A stretch of DNA of 32,000 bases from an uncultured archaeon (GCA_964595665.1 CAZQQS010000004.1:10719-42718); one strand, 5' to 3'. Positions 8,416-16,648 are shown, counted from the first letter of the stretch. Notes: generated by a model from the sequence alone, not told the origin. Translations and numbers: made by a program.

Positions 8416-8712
8416 TCATAATGTTTCTAATTCTAAACCTTTTGACCATTTTAAAACCAAATTTATTATAAAAGCCATAATATATGCTATTAAAAAAGCC
8501 ATTATAGGTGTAGCGATCAAAACTACAATAGAATATAAAACCCATGAACCCCAACTAGATGCTCCATAAAAGAAACTATTTTGAGATAAAAGTTTATAAA
8601 ACAAATCAAATATTGTGTATATTGTTGTTAAAAACAAAGTATAAATCCCCATTACCTTTGCAAAGGAAAAATACTTTATTTTAGATATTATAATACCTGC
8701 CAAAGAAACCAC
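8416..8712 (-). CDS. Small hypothetical membrane protein (about 3 TM)
   Basis: Hydrophobic ORF directly upstream of the M50 gene in the same orientation. The start is uncertain: GTG 8712, or TTG 8703 after a GAGGTGG SD. Confidence 0.5.
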   Translation of the reverse strand: MVSLAGIIISKIKYFSFAKVMGIYTLFLTTIYTIFDLFYKLLSQNSFFYGASSWGSWVLYSIVVLIATPIMAFLIAYIMAFIINLVLKWSKGLELETL

Positions 8713-8796
8713 CTCTTTTTATTAGCAATTATAATATAATAATAAGGTATTTAAATATGTTACCCTTAAATATATAAGATAAAAGAAGGTGTTAAA

Positions 8797-9297
8797 ATGT
8801 TTTTCATAAAAAAATTATTAAATAAAAGTAAGAATATTGCAGTTTTTGTTGACGGCCCAAATATGTTAAGAAAAGAATTAAATATTGATTTGAGACAAAT
8901 CAAAGATATATTAAAAGATTATGGGAAAATAAAAATTGGAAAAGTATTCTTGAATCAATTTGCTCCTACAAAATTATCTGAAGCAGTTGTAAATCAAGGT
9001 TTTCAAGTAGAAACATCTGTTGGAGATGTTGATGTTATGATGGCTGTTGAAGCAACATATACTGCATTTAACAAAAATATAGATATTATTTGTATGGTTA
9101 CTCGAGATTCTGATTTTATACCAGCAATACAAAAAGCAAAAATTATGGGTAAAGAAACTATGGCAATATTAGTTGATGAATCGAGTGCTGCTGCATTAAA
9201 AAATACTGTAGATTATATAATCATATTAAACAAAATGCCTCAAAACCCACAAAACAATAATAGAAATAATAATTACAACAGAAATAACAGAAGGTAA
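8797..9297 (+). CDS. NYN-domain (LabA/DUF88-like) putative ribonuclease with an Asn/Arg-rich tail
   Basis: IAVFVDGPNM...GDVDVMMAVEA...VTRDSDFIPAIQKAKIMGKE matches the NYN/LabA acidic-residue pattern. The C-terminal tail is PQNPQNNNRNNNYNRNNRR. A GAAGGTG SD precedes the start. Confidence 0.8.
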   Translation: MFFIKKLLNKSKNIAVFVDGPNMLRKELNIDLRQIKDILKDYGKIKIGKVFLNQFAPTKLSEAVVNQGFQVETSVGDVDVMMAVEATYTAFNKNIDIICMVTRDSDFIPAIQKAKIMGKETMAILVDESSAAALKNTVDYIIILNKMPQNPQNNNRNNNYNRNNRR

Positions 9298-9301
9298 GAT
9301 A

Positions 9302-9778
9302 ATGAACATCCCTCAAGGCAAACCGATTATTAAAAACGTAAGTACATTAAAATTAAATTATGAATCTATGTTAAACGATTTAATAATTAAGAAATTTAAT
9401 GGATATGTTTGCTTAACTTTAAATGATAAATTAGGTTATGAAGATGGGTTCATAGTATTTCAAAATGGAATCATATTAGGAGCATATTATAATTTACTAG
9501 ATAAAAACAAAGAATTTTATAGTGAAAATGCTATTAGATTTTTTGTTAAGGGTTTAAAAAGCAACTTTGGTGCTTTAGATGTATACACTTTAACCAAAGA
9601 ACAAACCGAATTATTATTAACTTTTAATGAAAAAATACGAAATAAGCCCATAAATAGCATTAAATATTTAAATGAATTTACCCCTAATAATAGTAATGAA
9701 GAGCTATTTGTAGAAGAAAAAGAAGAAAATAAATATGATTTGTTTAAAAAAATCGGTTTAGGGAATATAAAAATTTAG
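9302..9778 (+). CDS. Hypothetical protein (operon partner of MinD)
   Basis: It starts 4 nt after the NYN gene. By eye, the core FNGYVCLTLNDKLGYEDGFIVFQNGIILGAYY...ENAIRFF...GALDVYTL recalls PATAN/DUF4388-type domains. This is unverified. Confidence 0.5.
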   Translation: MNIPQGKPIIKNVSTLKLNYESMLNDLIIKKFNGYVCLTLNDKLGYEDGFIVFQNGIILGAYYNLLDKNKEFYSENAIRFFVKGLKSNFGALDVYTLTKEQTELLLTFNEKIRNKPINSIKYLNEFTPNNSNEELFVEEKEENKYDLFKKIGLGNIKI

Positions 9779-9786
9779 GTGAAAAT

Positions 9787-10287
9787 ATGGGTATAATAAA
9801 AAAAATCTCAAGATATCTTTTAGGAATAGATGATACTGAGATGTCAAACCAAGAAAAATTTATTAAAAATTTTTATAATTCTCAAAAAATAACTTTTAGA
9901 GATATAGACAAAACACATATAGCTAGTTTTATTGATACTTTATTGAAAAAGCATGATTTAATTTATTTTGGATTAGTTTCAAATAGAAAAATATTATTAA
10001 GTTCAGAGGAAAAAGTAAATAAAGAAATTTTGAATTATTTTGATGTTTTTGAAAACATTAGGGGAAATTTAAAAGATAAAATTGTTTTAATTAAAGGAAG
10101 TCCTTGGATAGGTATATTTGAAAAAGAAGATTATATTTTTGTAACTAAACGAGAAGTAAAATTAAGTGAGATGGAAATTAATGCAATCGCACATGATGTT
10201 TTGAATTGCAAAGAAATGTATGATACTAATGAACCAATTAAAAGTTTAAACATACAAAAAGCAATTATAAAAAAAACAGCTGGGTAA
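9787..10287 (+). CDS. Hypothetical protein (operon partner of MinD)
   Basis: AGGTGA SD before the ATG. It is a ~166-aa soluble protein. Any Roadblock/LC7-like alpha-beta pattern is only suggestive. Confidence 0.5.
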   Translation: MGIIKKISRYLLGIDDTEMSNQEKFIKNFYNSQKITFRDIDKTHIASFIDTLLKKHDLIYFGLVSNRKILLSSEEKVNKEILNYFDVFENIRGNLKDKIVLIKGSPWIGIFEKEDYIFVTKREVKLSEMEINAIAHDVLNCKEMYDTNEPIKSLNIQKAIIKKTAG

Positions 10288-10309
10288 ATAAATTTAAATG
10301 GGGATATTT

Positions 10310-11089
10310 ATGGTTAGAATAATTACTTTTGCCTCTGGAAAAGGAGGAGTTGGAAAAACAACAATTACTGCTAATTTAGGTATAGCATTAAAACAAATAG
10401 GTAAAAAAGTTTTGTTAATTGATGCCGATGTTACAATGGCAAACTTAAGTTTAATATTAGGTATGGAATCTTCACCTATTACAATTAATGATGTTTTGAG
10501 AGGAGAAGCAAATATTGAAGATGTAATTTACAAAGGTCCAGCAGGAATAGATATTATACCTTCATCATTATCTTTACAAAACTTTCAAGCATTAGATTTG
10601 TCTAAAATTCCTCAAATTGTAAAAAAAGTTTCTTATAATTATGATTTTATTTTATTAGATTGTTCTGCTGGAGTTGGAGAAGATACTTTAGCAGCAATGG
10701 CTGCAGCAACAGAAGTAATGTTAGTGATAAATCCATTTTCATTATCAATAGCTGATGCTTTAAAAGCAAAAATTATGGCACAAAAAATAAATGCAAAACC
10801 AGTAGGAATTATATTAAACATGGTTGGAAAATATAAAGGTGAAATAAAAGAAGAAGAAATTATTAAAATGATGGAATTGCCAAGTTATGGTAAAGTTCCT
10901 TTTGATGAAATAGTTAGACAAAACTTTTATTACAAACAAATTGTTCCAATAATGGTTAAACATCCTAATAATGGAGCAAGTATTGCAATAAAAAATATTG
11001 CTTTAAGATTATTAGGAAATAAAGTAGAAGATCAAGAAGTTAAAAAAGGATTTTTTTCTTGGTTAAAAAATATATTTGGAAAAAAATAA
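10310..11089 (+). CDS. minD: MinD/ParA-family septum-site/positioning ATPase
   Basis: Deviant Walker A SGKGGVGKTT, LLIDADV, and Walker B ILLDCSAG. The C-terminal amphipathic KKGFFSWLKNIFGKK (11042-11086) resembles the bacterial MinD membrane-targeting sequence. I placed the start at ATG 10310 after GGGGA; the track start is 10298. Confidence 0.9.
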   Translation: MVRIITFASGKGGVGKTTITANLGIALKQIGKKVLLIDADVTMANLSLILGMESSPITINDVLRGEANIEDVIYKGPAGIDIIPSSLSLQNFQALDLSKIPQIVKKVSYNYDFILLDCSAGVGEDTLAAMAAATEVMLVINPFSLSIADALKAKIMAQKINAKPVGIILNMVGKYKGEIKEEEIIKMMELPSYGKVPFDEIVRQNFYYKQIVPIMVKHPNNGASIAIKNIALRLLGNKVEDQEVKKGFFSWLKNIFGKK

Positions 11090-11113
11090 ATTAATATTTA
11101 AGGGGTGTAAATT

Positions 11114-11338
11114 ATGGTAGAAACAAAACCGTTTGATTTTTTAAATTCAAGCATTAACAAAAATGTTTTAGTATTATTAAAAGGAAATACTAGAATTAGA
11201 GGTATATTAAGAGCATTTGATATCCATATGAATATTGTATTAGATGATGCTGAAAGATTAAATGAAGATAATACTGTAGATATAAAGATAGGTAAAACTA
11301 TTATTAGAGGAGATACAGTAATATTATTATCATTATAG
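11114..11338 (+). CDS. Sm-like archaeal protein (SmAP/LSm)
   Basis: Sm1/Sm2 pattern VLVLLKGNTRIRGILRAFDIHMNIVLDDAE...IIRGDTVILLS. A GGGGTG SD precedes the start. Confidence 0.9.
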   Translation: MVETKPFDFLNSSINKNVLVLLKGNTRIRGILRAFDIHMNIVLDDAERLNEDNTVDIKIGKTIIRGDTVILLSL

Positions 11339-11344
11339 TATTAT

Positions 11345-11369
11345 AAGTAGGATATTCCTACTTCTTTTT
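11345..11369 (+). terminator. Hairpin plus T-tract after the Sm gene
   Basis: Perfect 8-bp stem AAGTAGGA / TCCTACTT (11345-11352 and 11356-11363) with a 3-nt loop, followed by CTTTTT. Confidence 0.45.
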
Positions 11370-11443
11370 ATATTTTAATTAAAAATATTTATATAGTGGG
11401 AATAATGTAATTATTATATCTCAAATATAAATATGTGATTGTT

Positions 11444-12745
11444 ATGGAGTTTCAAGAATTAAAAGGCATTAAAGAATATTTACCTGAAGAACAAGAAGTT
11501 CGAGAGTATATTACTGATATATTAAAAACTAATTTTAAAAAATATGGTTTCAAGCCTTTAGAAACAAGTATATTAGAAGACTTTGCTATTGCTTCTAGCA
11601 AATATGCTGGTGGAGAAGAAATCTTAAAAGAAACTTATAAATTAACAGATCAAGGGGAAAGAAAACTTTGTTTGAGATATGAATTGACTTTCAAATTAGG
11701 TAAATTAATTGCATTAAATCCAACATTAAGAATGCCATTAAAAAGATATGAAATTGGAAAAGTATTTAGAGATGGTCCAGTAAAAACTGGAAGACTAAGA
11801 GAATTTACTCAATGTGATGTTGATGTTGTTGGTGTAAAAAATCTAGCTTTAGAAGCAGAATTTATTGCAATGTCTTTTGATATTTTTAATAATTTAAATT
11901 TGCCTATAAACATCCAAATCAATAATAGAAAATTATTGTTTGGTTTATTTGAAGCTTGTAATATCCCTGAAAAAGAATTTATTAACACAGCTTTATCTTT
12001 AGATAAATTAGAAAAAATAGGCGAAAAAGATGTTAGAAAAGAATTAAATGAAATTCTAAATGAGGATTCTATTGACGCTTTATTTGAATTATTAAATGCC
12101 TGTAATTCTTTAAATAATAACTCAAAAAAATTAGAATTTTTAAAAACAAAATGCCAAAACAAATTATTTTTAGAAGGTTATAATGAATTAAATGAAATCT
12201 TTTCTTATGCTAAAGATTTGGGCATAAAAGAAAATTTTTATTTTATACCAACATTATCTAGAGGATTAGGTTATTATACTGGTCCAATGTGGGAAGTATA
12301 TTTACAAAAATCAAAAATAAAATCAAGTGTTGCTGCTGGAGGTCGTTGGGATTCAATGATTCAAAAATTCTTAGAAAGCGATAGAGAATATCCTGCATCA
12401 GGAATGACTTTTGGATTAGATGTTATTTATACAGCATTAAAAGAAGATAATATAAAATTAAATGATTTTCAAAAAACTCCCAAAGTATTAATTATACCTT
12501 TAGATAAATTAAATACTTGTTTAGAATTAGCTACAGAATTAAGAAATAATAATATTAGCGCAAGTATAGCATATGATGATAAATTAAGTAAAGCTTTAGA
12601 TTATGCAAACAAAGAATTAATTGAATATATTATTGTTGTAGGTAAAAAAGAAATCGAAACTAAATTATTTGGTTTAAAAAATATGCTTTCTGGTGAAACT
12701 AAAAATCTAAACTTAAAAGAAATGATTAATGAATTAAATCATTAA
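11444..12745 (+). CDS. hisS: Histidine--tRNA ligase
   Basis: Class II motifs: LRYELTFKL, KRYEIGKVFRDGPVKTGRLREFTQCDVDVVG, RGLGYYTGPMWEVY, AAGGRWDSMI and GMTFGLDVI. I placed the start at ATG 11444 after a GTGAT SD; the track start at 11435 is GTG. Confidence 0.9.
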   Translation: MEFQELKGIKEYLPEEQEVREYITDILKTNFKKYGFKPLETSILEDFAIASSKYAGGEEILKETYKLTDQGERKLCLRYELTFKLGKLIALNPTLRMPLKRYEIGKVFRDGPVKTGRLREFTQCDVDVVGVKNLALEAEFIAMSFDIFNNLNLPINIQINNRKLLFGLFEACNIPEKEFINTALSLDKLEKIGEKDVRKELNEILNEDSIDALFELLNACNSLNNNSKKLEFLKTKCQNKLFLEGYNELNEIFSYAKDLGIKENFYFIPTLSRGLGYYTGPMWEVYLQKSKIKSSVAAGGRWDSMIQKFLESDREYPASGMTFGLDVIYTALKEDNIKLNDFQKTPKVLIIPLDKLNTCLELATELRNNNISASIAYDDKLSKALDYANKELIEYIIVVGKKEIETKLFGLKNMLSGETKNLNLKEMINELNH

Positions 12746-12753
12746 TTATATAA
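12746..12753 (+). promoter_or_regulatory. TATA-box-like element upstream of the hydrogenase gene (possible leaderless transcript)
   Basis: TTATATAA sits immediately after the hisS stop, with its centre about 25 nt upstream of ATG 12775. No SD motif lies between them. Confidence 0.35.
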
Positions 12754-12774
12754 ATCCTTGCGGCTTTTTCTATT

Positions 12775-13917
12775 ATGGCTGAAGAAATTTATATTAATAA
12801 GTTTGATGATCTAATTAAAACTATTGAAAATGAGAGAAAAAAAGGCAAAATTCTAATAGCACAATTAGCTCCTGCTGTTCGAATTACTATTGGTGAAGAA
12901 TTCGGATATATTGCCGGAGAAAATTTAACTAAAAAATGTTTTAGTGTTTTAAAACAATTAGGATTTGATTATATTTTTGATACCCCTTTAGGTGCTGATT
13001 TAGCAGTATATGAAGAAGTTCATATATTAAAACAATTATTAGATTCTAAAGATGAAAGCTTTTTTCCATTATACAATTCTTGTTGTATTGGGTGGAAAAG
13101 ATATGCTGAGCGAATGCATTCTTATTTAATGCCTCATGTTTCTTCAATAGCTTCACCTAACCAAATTGTTGGAAGTATAGCTAAAAACTATTTAAGCAAA
13201 AAAATTAATAAAAAAGTTTCTGATATTGTTGTAGTTGGAATAATGCCTTGCACTTTAAAAAAGTTTGAAACTTTAGATACTTTTGATTATTTTGAGAATA
13301 ATAAAAAGAAAAATGCAAAATTTGTTGATTATGTTGTTACTACTTTAGAATTAACACAATGGATTAAAAATAAAAATATAAACTTTCACGAAATAAAAGA
13401 TATAGATGTAATAAATACAGCATCAAAAGAAGGAACTATTTTTGGAGTAACAGGTGGTGTAACAGAATCTTTTTTAACTGCTTTTGCAAAATATTTAGGA
13501 GAAAAAAAAGAAATCTTAGATTTTAGAGAAAATGAAGAATTACGAACATATAAAGTTAAAATTGGGGAATATGAATTAAAAGTTGCAATTGTTTTTGGTA
13601 TAGGAAATATAAATAAAATCTTAGAACAAATTGCTGAAGGTGAATTTTATCACTTTGTTGAAATGATGTTTTGTACTAATGGCTGTGTTGGAGGTCCTGG
13701 ACAACCAAAGTGTTCAGAAAGTGTTCTAGAAGAAAGAGCAAAAGCTATGCGAAATACAGCAGATAAAATCCCTAAAATAACTTGTTTTGATAATAGTGCA
13801 TTATTAAAAATTTATTCTGAATTAAATATTACTCCCAATTCAGAAAAATCAAAAAAATTATTCTTTTTAAAACAAGAAAATAAAAAAGAATCTAAAAAAA
13901 TATTATCTTGGAATTAA
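12775..13917 (+). CDS. hydA: [FeFe]-hydrogenase catalytic subunit, H-cluster domain only
   Basis: Motifs in order: QLAPAVR, FDTPLGADLAVYEE, L1 NSCCIGW (TGTTGT at 13081-13086), SSIASPNQ, L2 IMPCTLKKFE, VTGGVTE and L3 EMMFCTNGCVGGPGQP. The C-terminal FDNSALLKIYSELNITPNSEKSKKLF resembles the small-subunit-like tail. About 25 aa precede the H domain and there are no ferredoxin-like Cys clusters. Confidence 0.85.
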   Translation: MAEEIYINKFDDLIKTIENERKKGKILIAQLAPAVRITIGEEFGYIAGENLTKKCFSVLKQLGFDYIFDTPLGADLAVYEEVHILKQLLDSKDESFFPLYNSCCIGWKRYAERMHSYLMPHVSSIASPNQIVGSIAKNYLSKKINKKVSDIVVVGIMPCTLKKFETLDTFDYFENNKKKNAKFVDYVVTTLELTQWIKNKNINFHEIKDIDVINTASKEGTIFGVTGGVTESFLTAFAKYLGEKKEILDFRENEELRTYKVKIGEYELKVAIVFGIGNINKILEQIAEGEFYHFVEMMFCTNGCVGGPGQPKCSESVLEERAKAMRNTADKIPKITCFDNSALLKIYSELNITPNSEKSKKLFFLKQENKKESKKILSWN

Positions 13918-13920
13918 GTA

Positions 13921-14193
13921 TTAAACTTTATCATTCATTAGCTTTTTAACATCCTTACTTATTTTCAAACCCAAATTAGTTATTTTATATACTTTATAAT
14001 TTCTATCATTAGGATTTTCACAAACAATTAATTTTTCATCCCGCAAATATTTTAAAGTTCTACTTAAATGAGACGCATATAAAAAAGTTATTTTTACTAA
14101 TTGAGACTGCAAGATTTGTTTTTTTTCGGAAATATAAAATAATACATCTCGTTTATTTTTAGAACGAATTAAATCTAAAACCAACTTATCCAT
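13921..14193 (-). CDS. Small winged-helix (ArsR/MarR-like) transcriptional regulator
   Basis: The 90-aa ORF has the pattern KRDVLFYISEKKQILQSQLVKITFLYASHLSRTLKYLRDEKLIVCE...RNYKVYKITNLGLKI, which reads as HTH plus wing. No SD is present, and a T/A-rich box lies about 24 nt upstream, so the transcript may be leaderless. Confidence 0.6.
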   Translation of the reverse strand: MDKLVLDLIRSKNKRDVLFYISEKKQILQSQLVKITFLYASHLSRTLKYLRDEKLIVCENPNDRNYKVYKITNLGLKISKDVKKLMNDKV

Positions 14194-14227
14194 AATGAAA
14201 AATAGGTTCGATTAATAAAAACTAGAT

Positions 14228-14256
14228 TTACCAACATTTTACCAATATATTACCAA
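14228..14256. repeat. Three direct TTACCAA boxes at exact 11-bp spacing (candidate operator)
   Basis: TTACCAA occurs at 14228-14234, 14239-14245 and 14250-14256. They lie in the divergent intergenic region between the wHTH gene (ATG 14193) and the ORF starting at 14313. Confidence 0.5.
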
Positions 14257-14312
14257 AAGTAATATAAAGGTTAATAAAACAATATATTTATACTTTTTTA
14301 AGGAGGAATATT

Positions 14313-14999
14313 ATGATTTCTAAAAAGTCTAAAAATTATTTATTGCCCATTATGGCCATTATCTCATTTATTTTAATAATACTTATTATAGTATTTGGAG
14401 TTTTCAATAACAATCTAACTAAACAAATAAACGAATTAAGCTTAAAAAATATAGATTTAAATAAACAACTAAATCTAAATAATGAATTATATTCAAAGAC
14501 GATAATTGATTATGATAATAATTTGTTAAAAGAAATTAATTTAAATGATGCATTTAAAAATTATTTATATGATAATTCGGAATTAACAAAAAAAGAGTTT
14601 ATATTATCAGAAGATCTTGAAGACATTAATACAATATTAAATTATAATACTTGTAAAGCATATTCTGAAAAATTAGAGGATTATTATAATATTATTAATC
14701 AAAAAGAAGAATTATACTTGAATTTTATAAATAACTATCAAGAATATTCTAAAAATAAAGTGTGTAGTGATAAATTAAATAATTTAAAAATACAATCTGA
14801 AGAAATCATAAAACTTAGGTCAGAATATTTAGATGCCATTACTAATTGGTGTTATGGATATCATAAAATAGATTGGTCTAATACTTGGGAAGAAAAATAT
14901 TTGATGCCAGAAAATAAGGCTGCAGATAAATTAAATAAAAAAATATCTGAAAATACAGAATTTGGTATAGAATTAACAAAAACATGCTTCTCAAATTGA
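14313..14999 (+). CDS. Hypothetical N-terminally membrane-anchored protein
   Basis: A strong AAGGAGG SD precedes the start. It has one N-terminal TM helix (LLPIMAIISFILIILIIVFGVF), then an N/K/E-rich domain with four Cys, presumably external. Confidence 0.55.
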   Translation: MISKKSKNYLLPIMAIISFILIILIIVFGVFNNNLTKQINELSLKNIDLNKQLNLNNELYSKTIIDYDNNLLKEINLNDAFKNYLYDNSELTKKEFILSEDLEDINTILNYNTCKAYSEKLEDYYNIINQKEELYLNFINNYQEYSKNKVCSDKLNNLKIQSEEIIKLRSEYLDAITNWCYGYHKIDWSNTWEEKYLMPENKAADKLNKKISENTEFGIELTKTCFSN

Positions 15000-15008
15000 G
15001 GATAAAAT

Positions 15009-15944
15009 ATGAAATCTAATGTAATATGCCCTTATTGTAAAACAGAAGTAGAAATTAATTGGGAATCTGAAGATGCAAATAAGCAAGAAGAATATAAATG
15101 CTATAAATGTAAAAAGAATTTCTATTTTACTCCAGAAATATCTGATAGTTGGTTTGATGCAATATTGGGTTTTATTATAATATTAGGCATTATTATAGGT
15201 TCGATTTGGATTATATATTTTGGAATATCAAAAACTATTTCTTTTTTTTCAAATAATGATACTTCAGATTATCAAAAGCAACAAGATTTAATTGCACAAC
15301 AACAATATGACTTGCAAAAAGCACAATTAGATGCTGAAAGAGCTAAAATTCAAGCAGAAACTGATAGATTAAAAAAAGAAATTGCCAAAATACAAGCAGA
15401 ACAAAAAGCAGAAATAAACACAATAAAACAATACACATCTAAAGTATTATTTGATGATAGCCAATTTAGAACTATTGCAAAACAAATATCCCAAGGATGT
15501 AATGGTGAACAAGAATGTCAATTATATAAAATATATAGATTTGTAGTTACTTATTTTGAATACTATTCAGATCCGAGAAATAGCGAATATATACAATCAC
15601 CAACAGAAACTTGGAATTCAAAGGGAGGCGATTGTGAAGATTTAGGAATAATATTACAAACATTACTTGAAAGTGTTGGAATTAAAACCTATTCTGTATT
15701 TACAACAAATCATTATTATGTTTTAGGATGTATTTCAGATTCAGGTAAAATTTTAGAATATACAAATAATGAACTAAATAAATATGATAAGTATTATGAT
15801 AAAATTCATTATTATTCTATTAATAATTTAGAATGTGTGCCATTAGAACCTACTGCAGGAGACTTTGGATATCCTGGACACTTTACTACATCATATAGTG
15901 AAGCTTATGATCCGTTAACCTTGAATAAAGTTATATTAACTTAA
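15009..15944 (+). CDS. Zinc-ribbon / TM / coiled-coil / transglutaminase-like cysteine-protease-fold protein
   Basis: Domains in order: N-terminal CPYC...CYKC ribbon, TM helix (ILGFIIILGIIIGSIWIIYFGI), Q/A/K-rich coiled coil, then KGGDCEDLGIILQTLLESVGIKTYSVFTTNHYYVLG...SD. This matches the transglutaminase-like Cys-His-Asp core pattern. A TGAGGAT SD precedes the start. Confidence 0.6.
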   Translation: MKSNVICPYCKTEVEINWESEDANKQEEYKCYKCKKNFYFTPEISDSWFDAILGFIIILGIIIGSIWIIYFGISKTISFFSNNDTSDYQKQQDLIAQQQYDLQKAQLDAERAKIQAETDRLKKEIAKIQAEQKAEINTIKQYTSKVLFDDSQFRTIAKQISQGCNGEQECQLYKIYRFVVTYFEYYSDPRNSEYIQSPTETWNSKGGDCEDLGIILQTLLESVGIKTYSVFTTNHYYVLGCISDSGKILEYTNNELNKYDKYYDKIHYYSINNLECVPLEPTAGDFGYPGHFTTSYSEAYDPLTLNKVILT

Positions 15945-15949
15945 ATTAA

Positions 15950-16597
15950 TTATTTCCAACCATATGTAACTCTATGTTCTAAAAATCCAGTAATTGTTTT
16001 ATAATTTAATTTTTGTAAAAATTTTTCAACATCACTATCAGTTGTTTTGTCATTAATAATATGATATGTTGCAATTGCTAAATTTATTTCATTATTTTTT
16101 AATAAATTCTTTGCACTTTTTAAAACATATAATTCAGAACCTTCAACATCCATTTTAATAAAATTAGGAATTAATTTTAATTCTTTTGAAATAGTATCTA
16201 ATTTTATTACGTCTATGGCTTTACTTTTTAACACCTCATTTTCAAATATAAAAGATGAACCTCTTGAAGTTCTTTCATAAAAATCTTTTTTGCCATCAAT
16301 ATCAAAAACACCTTTATTAATTGCCACAACATTTTTTAATTTGTTTAACTCTAAATTAGCCAACAATTTTCTATAAGATATTTTATCGGGTTCAAAAGCA
16401 ATTACTTTTCCTTTTGGGCCAACTAATTTAGAAGCAATAATAGTAAAACAGCCAACATAAGAACCCAAATCAAAAACCACATCTCCTTTTTTCAAGTTAT
16501 ATTTACCAAAATACCCTTGCATTATGTTTAGATCTTTATCCAAATTATTGTGGCTTTTAAACTTAATTCCTTGAAAAGAGTAGTCTTTAATATCCAT
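15950..16597 (-). CDS. FkbM-family SAM-dependent methyltransferase
   Basis: VVFDLGSYVGCFTIIASKLVGPKGKVIAFEPDKISYRKLLANLELNKLKNV...IKMDVEGSELYVLKSAKNLL is the typical FkbM pattern. Confidence 0.8.
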   Translation of the reverse strand: MDIKDYSFQGIKFKSHNNLDKDLNIMQGYFGKYNLKKGDVVFDLGSYVGCFTIIASKLVGPKGKVIAFEPDKISYRKLLANLELNKLKNVVAINKGVFDIDGKKDFYERTSRGSSFIFENEVLKSKAIDVIKLDTISKELKLIPNFIKMDVEGSELYVLKSAKNLLKNNEINLAIATYHIINDKTTDSDVEKFLQKLNYKTITGFLEHRVTYGWK

Positions 16598-16648
16598 AGA
16601 ATTAGAAAATAGGGAGAGCTTTTTAAATCCTTCTTTTTTACTATTTAT

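Noticed and set aside
12775-13917. Alternative reading of the hydrogenase-like ORF as a non-catalytic Nar1/NARF-type Fe-S assembly protein.
   Set aside because: It lacks the N-terminal Cys cluster of Nar1-like proteins. It retains H-cluster environment residues, namely the MPCxxK lysine, the ExM methionine, the double Cys of L1 and APAVR. This still needs phylogenetic confirmation.
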